From: an uncultured delta proteobacterium
GTDB lineage: Bacteria > Desulfobacterota > Binatia > UBA9968
DNA length: 64,000 nucleotides
Reading direction: 5' to 3'
Assembly (NCBI GenBank): GCA_963771465.1
Contig: CAVYTU010000015.1
Span: forward strand, 1,120,001-1,184,000
Shown here in pieces: positions 8,987 to 19,073 of this stretch (position 1 is the first letter of the stretch; every line of letters begins with the position of its first letter). Position numbers and translations under genes: made by a program. A model generated the notes under the pieces. It did no database searches, was not told the DNA's origin, and worked only from the letters and a program-made list of their open reading frames with translations.

Positions 8987-10654
8987 ATGTCCGCCCATCC
9001 AAGCGCCGAGAAGTCCGCTGAACCCGTCATCAGCGCCGCGCAGCTGAAAAAGCACTACGCCGCCGGCGCGCGCCATTTCGCCGGCGCTCAGTTAGCCAAC
9101 GCAGATCTATCCGGATGCGATCTCCGCAACGTCAATCTCATCGACGCCGACTTGACCGCCGTTAATCTTGAGCACACCGATCTGCGCGATGCCAATCTTC
9201 AGGGCGCAACCTTGCTACGCGGCAAGCTGCGCGATGCCAATTTGGCAAACGCCGATCTCAGCCGCGCCGTCGGGCTGCTGCCGGCGCAACTCGCCGGCGC
9301 CAATCTCGCCGGCGCTCGTTTACCCGAGAAATTTGGCGACTTCGACGGCCTACGCGTCGTCGAGGAGGAATCGAAAAACGCCCGCACGCTGTTCTTCGGC
9401 ACGCTGCTCGCCTGCGTTTACGGCTGGCTCACCATCGCCGGTACCAGCGATGTATTGTTGCTCACCAACTCCGCCTCGTCGCCCCTGCCGATCATCGGCG
9501 CGGCCATTCCAATCGTCAGCTTTTACGTCGTCGGCCCGCTGATCTTGTTGTTGCTCTATATTTATCTCCATCTCCATTTGCAGCGCTTGTGGGAACGACT
9601 CGCCGACTTGCCGGCGGTGTTTCCTGATGGCCGTTCCCTTGGCAAGCGCGCCTATCCCTGGCTGCTCACCGGCCTGGTCTATTCCTACAATCCCTATCTT
9701 AAAGACCGCCGGCCGCCGCTGTCGCGTTTACAGTCCGCCGTGTCGCTGCTGATCGCCTGGTGGTTGGTGCCGCTGACGATCGCGATGTTTTGGCTGCGCT
9801 ACTTGCGCCGTCACGACTGGGTCGGTACGACACTCCATATCGCCGTGTTAGTCGCAGCCATCGGCGCGGCTGTCATCCTTTATCAGCTCGCCGTGTCGAC
9901 GCTGCGTGGCCAGCGCCGCAACGCCGTGCCACTCAGGAGCATGTTCGCCCATCGGCCGACCTATGTTCGCGGGCTATGGATCGCACTGCTCGCCGCCGCG
10001 ATTTATATTCTTTCATTGGGCGCCATCGACGGCGTGCCGCCGGAATACGAAGCCGCCGAAGGTGAAAAATCTTTAATCAATGCCGACGTCACTCCCACCG
10101 ACGTGCGCCGTTGGGTGCCACAACTGTTGCAGGCGCTCGGCAACAAAACCTTCGCCGACCTGCGCGAAGTCGATGTCTCGACGCGGCTGCAGAATTGGAA
10201 GGGCCAAGAAGAAGACGAGCTCGATCGGGTCAAGCGCGGCCGGCTGCGCGGCGCTCATTTGCGCTTCGCCGACGCCACCCGGGCATTTCTCGTCGGCGCG
10301 GATTTGAGCCGGGCCAATCTTCAGGGCAGCTATTTATTTCACGCCAATCTACGCGGCGCCGACCTGGCCTGGGCCGATTTGAAAGAATCCTTCGCTTATG
10401 AAGCCGATCTGCAGGGCGCCAATTTGCAAAATGCCGATCTGCGCGGCGTCGATTTTAGCGGCGCGAACTTAAGCGGTTCCAACCTCAAGGGCGCGCGCCT
10501 TGATAACGCGAATCTGGAAAATAGCAATTTGAACAAGACCAACCTTAGTGGTACGTCATTGGCGACAGTGAAGGGATTGACTGCTGGGCAACTTGCCGCG
10601 GCGCTTACAGACGACAGCACGCAGTTGCCAGATACGATGACGCGGACCAAATAG
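8987..10654 (+). CDS. Pentapeptide-repeat membrane protein
   Basis: A(D/N)Lxx repeats at both termini flanking about 5-6 hydrophobic helices; start uncertain (ORF open from 8864). Confidence 0.8.
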   Translation: MSAHPSAEKSAEPVISAAQLKKHYAAGARHFAGAQLANADLSGCDLRNVNLIDADLTAVNLEHTDLRDANLQGATLLRGKLRDANLANADLSRAVGLLPAQLAGANLAGARLPEKFGDFDGLRVVEEESKNARTLFFGTLLACVYGWLTIAGTSDVLLLTNSASSPLPIIGAAIPIVSFYVVGPLILLLLYIYLHLHLQRLWERLADLPAVFPDGRSLGKRAYPWLLTGLVYSYNPYLKDRRPPLSRLQSAVSLLIAWWLVPLTIAMFWLRYLRRHDWVGTTLHIAVLVAAIGAAVILYQLAVSTLRGQRRNAVPLRSMFAHRPTYVRGLWIALLAAAIYILSLGAIDGVPPEYEAAEGEKSLINADVTPTDVRRWVPQLLQALGNKTFADLREVDVSTRLQNWKGQEEDELDRVKRGRLRGAHLRFADATRAFLVGADLSRANLQGSYLFHANLRGADLAWADLKESFAYEADLQGANLQNADLRGVDFSGANLSGSNLKGARLDNANLENSNLNKTNLSGTSLATVKGLTAGQLAAALTDDSTQLPDTMTRTK

Positions 10655-10671
10655 CATGGAGGAAACCAGCC

Positions 10672-11871
10672 ATGGACAATTTCGATAACATACTCGTCGT
10701 CGACGCCGACGGCCACGTGTACGAAGGCAACGTCGACCTACGTCCGCGCATGCCGGAAAAATGGCGCTCCCAAGCGCCAATCCGCATGAAAGACAACGAA
10801 GGTAACTCGCGCATGCTGCTCGAAGGCCGCATGTGGTCGGCCTCACAGGGACTTGGCCCCGGCGTGTCCGGACCGATGACGGACAAAGCGCGCGGCTTTC
10901 GTGACGGAATGGTCGATCCCGTGGCTCGGCTCAAAGACATGGATGCCGAAGGCATCGACGTCGCTGTGCTCTTCGGCACGCAAATCGCGCTCACCGTCAA
11001 CGGCTTGATGAGCAAGGAACTCTCCGCCGTGCTCTGTCACGCGTGTAACGACTGGCTGATGGAATACTGCTCCGCCGATCCCAAGCGTTTGCTTGGCGTC
11101 GGCTTGATCCCTTGCCAGGATCCAACCGCGGCGGTGCAAGAATTGGAATATCTCAAAAAAGCCGGCGTGGTGACGGCGATGCTGCCGACCAACGTGTATG
11201 GGATCAATAACATGGGCGACAAGATGTTCGACCCGATCTACCAATGCGCCCAATCGATTGGCATGACACTGAGCGTCCATCCGCAAACCGGCCACGACGG
11301 CGTGCCGGGAGTTTCCGGCGTCATGGGCGCCGGTAGTGAGCGCTTTCGCAAGTATGTCTACGTGCACATGACGGCGTTTCCTTTCGAATTGATGATCGCC
11401 ATGATGCACATGATCGGCGAAGGCGTGTTCGATCGATTTCCTAGGCTCAAGGTCGGCTTCATGGAAGGCGGCGCGGGCTGGTTGCCATTTTGGGCCGAGC
11501 GCTTTGACGAACACATCGAAAAACTCGCGCCGCAGATGCCCGAGCTCAAGCGCAAACCGAGCGACATCATCAAGAGCAAACAAGTCGTACTCACCTGCGA
11601 ATCCGAAGAAACCGGCCTCGATCGTGTGTTCGACGCTAATGGTGAAGACACGGTGCTTTATGCGTCGGACTACTGCCACTGGGATTGCCACTTTCCTTAC
11701 TCAGTAAAAGACGTCGTTGAGGGCACGGACTTAAGCTTCGCGCAGAAAGAAAAACTGCTCGGCAAAAATGCCGTAGAATTTTTCGAGCTTAAGCATCTGC
11801 CGAAACCTAACGCGCTTAAGCTGGCGCGCCAAAGTTGGAACGGAGGCCAAGCCAAAATCGCCATTGCGTAA
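10672..11871 (+). CDS. Amidohydrolase_2 family protein
   Basis: DADGH, MDAEGID, FMEGGAGW, ASDYCH. Confidence 0.88.
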   Translation: MDNFDNILVVDADGHVYEGNVDLRPRMPEKWRSQAPIRMKDNEGNSRMLLEGRMWSASQGLGPGVSGPMTDKARGFRDGMVDPVARLKDMDAEGIDVAVLFGTQIALTVNGLMSKELSAVLCHACNDWLMEYCSADPKRLLGVGLIPCQDPTAAVQELEYLKKAGVVTAMLPTNVYGINNMGDKMFDPIYQCAQSIGMTLSVHPQTGHDGVPGVSGVMGAGSERFRKYVYVHMTAFPFELMIAMMHMIGEGVFDRFPRLKVGFMEGGAGWLPFWAERFDEHIEKLAPQMPELKRKPSDIIKSKQVVLTCESEETGLDRVFDANGEDTVLYASDYCHWDCHFPYSVKDVVEGTDLSFAQKEKLLGKNAVEFFELKHLPKPNALKLARQSWNGGQAKIAIA

Positions 11872-11882
11872 GGAGATCCGAG

Positions 11883-12833
11883 ATGAAGCTGAGAATTTTT
11901 TTCTACGTTTTCCTGTTCGCGTTGAGTCAGCTCGTCTCGCGCAGCGCCCACGGCGCTGAAGGCTCGTATAAAATTCGCATCGGCTTTCCCTCCCTGGCGT
12001 TTTCCTACATGCCCTTCTACGTCGCCCAGGAAAAAGGCTTCTATAAAAAATACAACGTCGAGTCTGAGTACATTCAGATGACGACGACGATCCAGCCGCA
12101 AGCCGTGGTCGCGGGTAATATCAACTACTTCACCTCGGTCTCGACGGGAATATCTGCGGCGCTCGCCGGATTGCCTTTGGTCATGGTCATCAATTTTTGT
12201 GACGTTTCGCCTTGGGTGCTAGTGACCCATAAAGACATCAACAAACCGCAGGATCTGATCGGCAAGACCGTCGCGCTCTCAGGCATCCGCACCTCACCCT
12301 ATTATTTCTTTCAAGCGTTTCTGAAAAAATCGGAGATCAACGACAAGGACGTCCAGTCCATTAGCACCGGTGGCACGGCGGATAGTTTTCGCGCTTTGAC
12401 AACCAATCGCGTGGTCGGCACGGTTTTGACACCGCCGTTCGACGACAAGGCGGTTTCGCTCGGTTACAAGAAGTTCATGCAGTTGGGCGATCTCGCCGAC
12501 ATCCCATATGTCGGTTTGGTGACCTCGCAAAACGAAATCAAAAGCAATCGCGAGTCAGTGCGCCGCACGGTAACCGCCGTAATGGAATCCGTTGCGTGGC
12601 TGCGCGCCAACCGCGCCGAGAGCGCTAAGATGATCGTCGATAAATTTAAGGTGAATCAAACCGAAGCGGAAAACACCTACGCGACGCTGATCAGGATTTT
12701 GAACAAAGATGGCCGCATGAACCCCAAAGTTGCCCGCGGTTACCTCGACATCCTGCGTCAGGAGCGCCCTATCCCGGCCGACTACGATCCGATGAAGCTG
12801 ACGGACTTCTCCATGTTACCGAGTAGTCGCTGA
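11883..12833 (+). CDS. ABC substrate-binding protein, NMT1/SsuA-like
   Basis: AAGGAG RBS, signal peptide, PFYVAQEKGFY, DLIGKTVA. Confidence 0.8.
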   Translation: MKLRIFFYVFLFALSQLVSRSAHGAEGSYKIRIGFPSLAFSYMPFYVAQEKGFYKKYNVESEYIQMTTTIQPQAVVAGNINYFTSVSTGISAALAGLPLVMVINFCDVSPWVLVTHKDINKPQDLIGKTVALSGIRTSPYYFFQAFLKKSEINDKDVQSISTGGTADSFRALTTNRVVGTVLTPPFDDKAVSLGYKKFMQLGDLADIPYVGLVTSQNEIKSNRESVRRTVTAVMESVAWLRANRAESAKMIVDKFKVNQTEAENTYATLIRILNKDGRMNPKVARGYLDILRQERPIPADYDPMKLTDFSMLPSSR

Positions 12834-12849
12834 TTTTAGTTAGAAATCG

Positions 12850-13510
12850 ATGCCAACCCTGAAATTACGTATTGGAATCGGCTTGCTGCTGGCGTCTGGC
12901 GCCTTGATCGTCGGGCTATCAAGCGGAGAATCTCAAACGCGCCGCCACATTAAGGTCGGGCTCGATTCGCAGCAGACTGAAACCCTCAACCGCGACGCCG
13001 TCCAAGGCTCCGGCAGCGTTATCATCCGCCGAGGCACTGTGAATCCTTCAGGCCGAATCATCGCCAACGACAGTCAAAAGACTGTTAAACGCTTCAGCGG
13101 CATCTTCACTTTAGTGATGGACGGCAGCGAATCGATCCTCACTGTGGCGACCGGGGTGCCGCAAAATCAAATCGGCTACTACCATAATTACGCTCGCGGT
13201 ATCGGCTATATCGAGAGTCGGATCGTGTTCAACGACGTCGGCACGTCGCTTCGCGTCCACGCCTCGACACTTCCCGACGGACAGATCAAATTACGGCTCA
13301 CACCCCGTATCAGCTACTTTTCCGTGGAACGGCCGGGGGCCATCGACTTCACCGAAGCCGCCACTGAAGCTCATCGTCGCCAACGGCCAGCCAGTATCCC
13401 TCGGCGGCTCCGCCAGCAGCATGCACCAAGTGACGCGGCAGATTTTAGGTTACCGCGACCGCGCTAGCAGCAACGAGACCGATCTGAAGGTCACCGCCAC
13501 GATTCAGTAA
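12850..13510 (+). CDS. Small secretin-like beta-domain protein, frameshifted near 13366-13369
   Basis: DVGTSLRVHASTLPDGQIKLRLTP; removing one base gives ...TELIVANGQPVSLGG...DLKVTATIQ* ending at 13510. Confidence 0.55.
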
Positions 13511-13612
13511 CTGCAGATTGACGGCCACGCCATCTCCTGCTAACTCGGTTAAAAATCTCACACCGGCTTACCTGCATCGGGGCCGAGTGACCGCCGCCAT
13601 GGGGTAGAGCGA

Positions 13613-14686
13613 ATGAAAAAACTCGGCGCTTATTTATTCCTCAGTTTGCTTGCTTCAAGCGCTTTCGCGCAGCCGCGAGTGGAATCGCTGCGCGTCGCTA
13701 CTCGCCTAGTCAAACCTTTTGTCTTTGAAGAAAATGGCAATCTTACCGGCTTCAGCGTCGAGCTTTGGAATGAGATCGCCAAGCAGCTGAACGTCAAGTC
13801 TGAGTTCATCGTCAAGCCGACGGTTAAAGAATTATTGGACGCGGTGAAGTCCAAGGGCGTGGACCTCGGCATCGCGGCGATCTCGATCACGGCGGAACGC
13901 GAACTGGAAATGGACTTTTCCCAGCCGATGTTCGACGCCGGCTTGCAAATCGTGACGCCCGTGCAAACAAGTCGAACGGCGTTGGTCAAAACCATCCTCG
14001 CCAATTTGCTTTCAGCCGGGGTCCTCCCTTACATCTTAGGCGTAGCAATCATTCTCGTCGTCATCGCGCATTTGGTTTGGCTGCTTGAGCGGCACCATCC
14101 GACCGGTATGTTGGCTCGCCTGGAATACTATCCCGGAATCTTCGAGGCCTGTTGGTGGGCCGCGTCGACGCTCGCCACCCAAGCTGATCAGATGCCGCGC
14201 GCCGCCCTGGCTCGGTTGGTCGCGGTTGTTTGGATGTTCGCCAGCGTTGTATTTATCGCCTACTTCACCGCCGCCGTCACCTCCAATCTCACCCTGCAAC
14301 AATTGCATGGCGACATTAGCGGCCCCGCGGATCTTCCCGGCAAACGCGTCGCCAGCGTCAAGGCCAGCACTGCGAGCGAGTACCTACGCCAGCACAATGT
14401 CGAGGCGATGGAATACGCCAAGGTAGAAGACACCTATCAAGCGCTGCAACAGAGCCAGGTGGATGCGGTGGTTTATGACGCGCCCGTTTTGCTCTATTAC
14501 GCGTCGCACGATGGTAACGGCAAAGTCCAAGTCGTCGGTTCGATCTTCCGCAAAGAAAACTACGGTATTGCCTTTCCACCCAACGACGCGCTGCGCAAAC
14601 CGGTCAATGAAGCATTGCTCAAGCTCAAAGAGACCGGTGTCTACGATCAGCTTTACAAGAAATGGTTCGGCGCCAGCAGCTCGTGA
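13613..14686 (+). CDS. Prokaryotic ionotropic glutamate-receptor-like channel (SBP family 3 S1-M1-P-M2-S2)
   Basis: GFSVELW, AISITAERE, DFSQP (S1); TM; WWAASTLAT pore helix; AYFTAAVTSNL; DAVVYDAPVL, YGIAF (S2). Confidence 0.85.
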   Translation: MKKLGAYLFLSLLASSAFAQPRVESLRVATRLVKPFVFEENGNLTGFSVELWNEIAKQLNVKSEFIVKPTVKELLDAVKSKGVDLGIAAISITAERELEMDFSQPMFDAGLQIVTPVQTSRTALVKTILANLLSAGVLPYILGVAIILVVIAHLVWLLERHHPTGMLARLEYYPGIFEACWWAASTLATQADQMPRAALARLVAVVWMFASVVFIAYFTAAVTSNLTLQQLHGDISGPADLPGKRVASVKASTASEYLRQHNVEAMEYAKVEDTYQALQQSQVDAVVYDAPVLLYYASHDGNGKVQVVGSIFRKENYGIAFPPNDALRKPVNEALLKLKETGVYDQLYKKWFGASSS

Positions 14687-14809
14687 TGCGTTCGGTTTCG
14701 GGTTGGGATTTCGCGGCAACTCAGAACACGAAACTCCAAACCTAACGAAGTATTGACAAAATCTCCGCTCCTTGATGACTTAGGCGCTAACCCTCAGGGA
14801 GGATTTGCC

Positions 14810-15904
14810 ATGCCCTACAAAGGCCACACAATTATCGACGGTGATGGTCATGTGATCGAAGATACCAAAGCGATCGTCAATTACATGCCGCAATCCTATC
14901 GCGACAAGTACGAAACCCACACGTTCTTCAACCCATTTCCCCCGCTCGATCACTTGCACTCCGCCAACATGCACGATTTTCCTCCCGGCGCGTTCAACAA
15001 AGTCGGCCCCGAAGGTTGGGTCAATTTTCTCGAAGATGTCGGCATTGAAAAAACCGTGCTCTACACGACGCTCGGCTTGGCTTTCGGCAAGATCGTCAGC
15101 CGCGACTGGGCCATCGACGTCGCGCGCGGCTACAATGACTGGATTTATAACACCTACATGAAATACAATCCGCGCTTCCAAGCGATGGGCTTGTTGCCGT
15201 TGCAAGAACCGACCGCGGCCGTGGACGAACTCAGACGCATCATCAAGGATCTCGGCATGTGCGGCGCCATGCTGCCTTCCACCGGCATCCAAGCGCACCT
15301 GGGCGACCCACGCTACTGGCCGATTTACGAAGAAGCGAACAAACTCGGCTGCGCCATCGGCATTCACGGCGGCGCCCATGAGAATTTGGGACTCGACGAC
15401 CTGACCCCTTACGCGCCGGTGCACGCGCTCGGCCATCCGTTCGGCCAGATGATTTCCTTCGCTGGGATTGTCTTCAACGGCGTCTTCGACCGTTACCCCA
15501 ATGTGAAATTTGGCTTCATGGAAGGCGGCGTCGCTTGGCTGCTCATGTGTCTGGAGCGTTTCGACCGCTCCTGGGAGACCCATATTCAACATGACCCGCG
15601 CAAACGTTTTCTCGATTTGAAAGCCAAAGAAAAAGTCAGCGAGTATATTCAACGCCACGTTGAAGCCGGCCGCGTCTTTGTCGGCTGTGAAGGCGAAGAG
15701 CCCGACATCGCCCACGCGATTAAAAGAATCGGCAACAAGCCGTGGGTTTACTCGAGCGATTATCCGCATGAAGTCAACAACGAGTTCTGCAAGCATGAGA
15801 TCAACGAGATGCTCGAGAACGAAGAAATCACCGACGCGGACAAAGCCGCAGTACTGCACGGCAACGCGCGCCGCTTTTATAACCTGGGAGCGCCGGGACT
15901 ATGA
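14810..15904 (+). CDS. Amidohydrolase_2 family protein
   Basis: GGAGG RBS; IIDGDGH, FMEGGVAW, SSDYPH. Confidence 0.88.
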   Translation: MPYKGHTIIDGDGHVIEDTKAIVNYMPQSYRDKYETHTFFNPFPPLDHLHSANMHDFPPGAFNKVGPEGWVNFLEDVGIEKTVLYTTLGLAFGKIVSRDWAIDVARGYNDWIYNTYMKYNPRFQAMGLLPLQEPTAAVDELRRIIKDLGMCGAMLPSTGIQAHLGDPRYWPIYEEANKLGCAIGIHGGAHENLGLDDLTPYAPVHALGHPFGQMISFAGIVFNGVFDRYPNVKFGFMEGGVAWLLMCLERFDRSWETHIQHDPRKRFLDLKAKEKVSEYIQRHVEAGRVFVGCEGEEPDIAHAIKRIGNKPWVYSSDYPHEVNNEFCKHEINEMLENEEITDADKAAVLHGNARRFYNLGAPGL

Positions 15905-16608
15905 ATCCGCCGACCAGCATCGGCCTGATCATTCCCTCCGGCAATCGCCTGACGGAGCCGCAATTTGGCCAATACCTTCCGTCAGGCGTGGGCGCCCATG
16001 TCACGCGCCTGCGCATGACCGGAAAATTTCGCAAGCCACTGGCGGATTTAAAGCGGCCGCTGATTGAAGCCGCCGAAGCGCTCTCGGACCTAAAACCGAG
16101 CGTCATTGTGTTTCACTGTACCGCCAACTCGATGGAGAGCGGTCTGGCCCATGAAAAAGCGATCGTCGATATCGTCGAGCAAGCCAGCGGCTGCCCGACG
16201 ATCACCACGGCGCAGGCGCTGACACAAGCGTTTGATCACTTCGGCATAAAGAAACTCGTGCTCATCAGTCCCTACGTGCAAGCGACCAATCAACTCGAAG
16301 TGAACTATCTGAGTGAAACCGGCTACACGGTGTTGCACGAGTTGGGCCTCGCGCTCGAACCCCATGCCTATTCGGCGGTCACGCCGGAGGAGTGGAAGAA
16401 AGTCGTCAAAGACAATCTCCGCGCCGACGCCGACGGCTATTTTTTAAGCTGCACGAATACGCGCATGATCGAAGCGATTGCAGACTTGGAAAACGATTTG
16501 GGTAAGCCGGTCGTCAATAGCAATCAAGCGACGATCTGGGCTTGTCTGAAGAAATTGGCAATCCCGCACAGCGACCCACGCCTCGGCCGATTATTTAATT
16601 CAAATTAG
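15901..16608 (+). CDS. Maleate cis-trans isomerase / Asp-Glu racemase superfamily protein
   Basis: IGLIIPSGN, FHCTANS, SPY, LSCTN, KPVVNSNQA; ATGA-coupled to upstream gene. Confidence 0.85.
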   Translation: MNPPTSIGLIIPSGNRLTEPQFGQYLPSGVGAHVTRLRMTGKFRKPLADLKRPLIEAAEALSDLKPSVIVFHCTANSMESGLAHEKAIVDIVEQASGCPTITTAQALTQAFDHFGIKKLVLISPYVQATNQLEVNYLSETGYTVLHELGLALEPHAYSAVTPEEWKKVVKDNLRADADGYFLSCTNTRMIEAIADLENDLGKPVVNSNQATIWACLKKLAIPHSDPRLGRLFNSN

Positions 16609-18855
16609 TCGCATCTCAGAGTGCGTTTGCAACGCGGCCAGCAACTTTTCTTTTAGACCGGTATTTCTGTTTTCCACCCGAACATTGCGAATCGCCATGC
16701 CGAGAGCTTTACGGCTGCCGACGACGATGACCAAACTTTTACCGCGAGTTACCGCGGTGTAAAGAATACTGCGATAAAGCATCATGTAATGCGACGTGTG
16801 CAGCGGTAGGATGACAACCGGATATTCGCTGCCTTGGCTTTTGTGAATCGAGGTGGCGTAGGCCAGACTGATCTCGTCCCATTCATCCGCTTCGTAGGCG
16901 ACGCGCTTGTCATCGAAATCGACCTGAATCTTGCCGTCGTCGCGATCGATGGAAACAATTCTACCAAGATCGCCGTTGAACACGCCCTTGTCGTAATTAT
17001 TGCGCAGCTGCATCACCTTATCGCGCACGCGTAACGTCGTGCCGCCTCGTTCCAACCCTTCGCCGATGGGGTTGAGCAGCGCTTGCAATTCGCGATTGAG
17101 CTGAATCGTGCCGAGCATGCCGCGGTGCATCGGTGTCAAGAGCTGCACCGATTGGACAATCTCATCGGGGCGAAGCCGCAGCCAGGCGGGAATGCGCTCG
17201 CGCAGTAGTTCTTTGATCGTCTCGAGGATTTCATCTTCGCTTTCCCGCGCCATGAAATCGAAATCGCGCCGCTCGCGGGCGTCGGCGAATTCTAAATTTT
17301 GCCCTTGAAGTATGCGGTGCGCGTTGACGACGATCAGGCTCTGGCGATCTTGACGAAAGATGCGCTTGAGCACCGCCACGGGCACTGCCTTGGAATCGAT
17401 AAAGTCCTTGAGCACACTGCCTGGTCCCACTGAGGGCAACTGATCGACGTCGCCGACCAGAATCAAATGCGTATGCGGTTCGACGGCGCGCAGCAAATGA
17501 TCCATCAAGGTCAAATCCACCATGGACGCCTCGTCGACGATGATCATGTCGACTTGCAGCGGATTGTCCTCGTGGCGTTGAAAGCCGCCCTCGCGCGGAT
17601 TGTATTCCAGCAAACGATGGAGTGTGAGCGCCGCTTCGCCGGTGCTCTCGGTCATGCGCTTGGCCGCTCGACCGGTGGGCGCGGCCAGGGCAAAGGTCAC
17701 CCTGGCGCGGCGCAGCACCGTCAAGATCGACATCAATAAGGTAGTCTTACCGGTCCCAGGCCCGCCGGTAATGATGAAAGCTTTTTCGTTGAGCGCGCGC
17801 CGCGCTGCGTCGATCTGCTCCTCATCGAGTTCCAGCGGCATATCGGAAAATAGCGAACCACTCAGCAAGTCAATGGCACCCCGGGCGCCGCTTTTGTCCT
17901 TTTCCCACGGGCGCAGCCGCTCACTTTGGAGAAAAGATGCGGTTGAAAGCAGCCGCGCAAGAGCGTCGGCGACGCGCTTCTCGGCTTCGAACAATTCGAC
18001 GAGATAGACCCGCGTGCCGCGCCGGTCCGGCTGGTCCTGCAAGACCACTTCGTTGCGCTCGGCAAGTTTTTCCACGGCGATATCGATCCGTTCGTCATCG
18101 ACGGCGAGCAGCTCGCAGGCGGTTTTCGCCAGACCGTTTAACGGCAGGAAACAATGACCGCGCTCGGCCGACTCACGCAGCACATGCAACACGCCGGCTT
18201 GCACGCGCAGGGGAAAATCGCCGCGGATACCGATATGATGTGCCAGTCGATCGGCTAACAGAAAGCCGATGCCGTGCACTTGGCGCGCCAGCGCGTAGGG
18301 ATTCTCGCGCACCTGGGCGATGGTATCGGCGCCGAAGACGCGGTAAATTCTCAGCGCCAGCGACGCGCCGACGCCGTGACCCTGGAGAAACACCATGACA
18401 TCCTGCATGCCGCGCTGGGCTTGCCAGGCTTCCATGATGCGACGCGCGCGCACTGCGCCGATGCCGTCGACATCGAGAATTCTCAGCGGCTGTTCAGACA
18501 ATACTCTCAAAGTCTCGACGCCAAAGGCGGCGACCAAGCGCTTGGCGTAGGTCGGGCCGATGCCCTTGATCAAACCGGAGCCAAGATATTTCTCGATACC
18601 TTCGATGGTGCTCGGATCGATTTTCTCCCAATGGCCGACTTGGAACTGCAAACCGTAGCGCGGATGGCGCTTCCACGCGCCAGTGACTTTGATCTCCTCG
18701 CCTTCCGCCACGGGGAAGATCACTCCGACGACAGTCGTGCTCGGTCCGCCGTCCTCATCGAGGCGCGCGACCGTGTAGTGGGATTCCGGGTGTTGGTAGG
18801 TGATTCGGCTGATCGTCCCTTGTATGGACGTGATCTGATTTTGCTTGTCGTCCAA
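16600..18855 (-). CDS. recD2: ATP-dependent RecD-like DNA helicase
   Basis: IKGIGP HhH, GGPGTGKT, APTGRAA, DEASM, GDVDQLPSVG, IHKSQGSEY. Confidence 0.93.
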   Translation of the reverse strand: MDDKQNQITSIQGTISRITYQHPESHYTVARLDEDGGPSTTVVGVIFPVAEGEEIKVTGAWKRHPRYGLQFQVGHWEKIDPSTIEGIEKYLGSGLIKGIGPTYAKRLVAAFGVETLRVLSEQPLRILDVDGIGAVRARRIMEAWQAQRGMQDVMVFLQGHGVGASLALRIYRVFGADTIAQVRENPYALARQVHGIGFLLADRLAHHIGIRGDFPLRVQAGVLHVLRESAERGHCFLPLNGLAKTACELLAVDDERIDIAVEKLAERNEVVLQDQPDRRGTRVYLVELFEAEKRVADALARLLSTASFLQSERLRPWEKDKSGARGAIDLLSGSLFSDMPLELDEEQIDAARRALNEKAFIITGGPGTGKTTLLMSILTVLRRARVTFALAAPTGRAAKRMTESTGEAALTLHRLLEYNPREGGFQRHEDNPLQVDMIIVDEASMVDLTLMDHLLRAVEPHTHLILVGDVDQLPSVGPGSVLKDFIDSKAVPVAVLKRIFRQDRQSLIVVNAHRILQGQNLEFADARERRDFDFMARESEDEILETIKELLRERIPAWLRLRPDEIVQSVQLLTPMHRGMLGTIQLNRELQALLNPIGEGLERGGTTLRVRDKVMQLRNNYDKGVFNGDLGRIVSIDRDDGKIQVDFDDKRVAYEADEWDEISLAYATSIHKSQGSEYPVVILPLHTSHYMMLYRSILYTAVTRGKSLVIVVGSRKALGMAIRNVRVENRNTGLKEKLLAALQTHSEMRLI

Positions 18856-19073
18856 AGAAATCTCCCGAGCGCCATCCTACGCGAAAGCGCCAAGGGCGTA
18901 AACGTCGGCCCTTGCCTTTTCGCACTAGAAGGCTAGAATTTTCGCCATCCATGCAGTTCCATTCACTCGGGCACGGCATTGCCCCGCGCACAACACAATC
19001 GCTTGCTGAAGCTTAAACCACCGCCGTCATTTTTCCTCGGTTTGTGACCGCAGGGAACTAGGAGACGACACCC

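Noticed and set aside
13366-13369. Programmed ribosomal frameshifting at the broken genes
   Set aside because: No shared slippery heptamer or downstream structure; both insertions and deletions occur, which fits sequencing error better
14780-15859. Long antisense ORFs (also 10843-11691, 27859-28545, 58029-58700 and similar)
   Set aside because: Shadow frames of well-supported genes in GC-rich DNA
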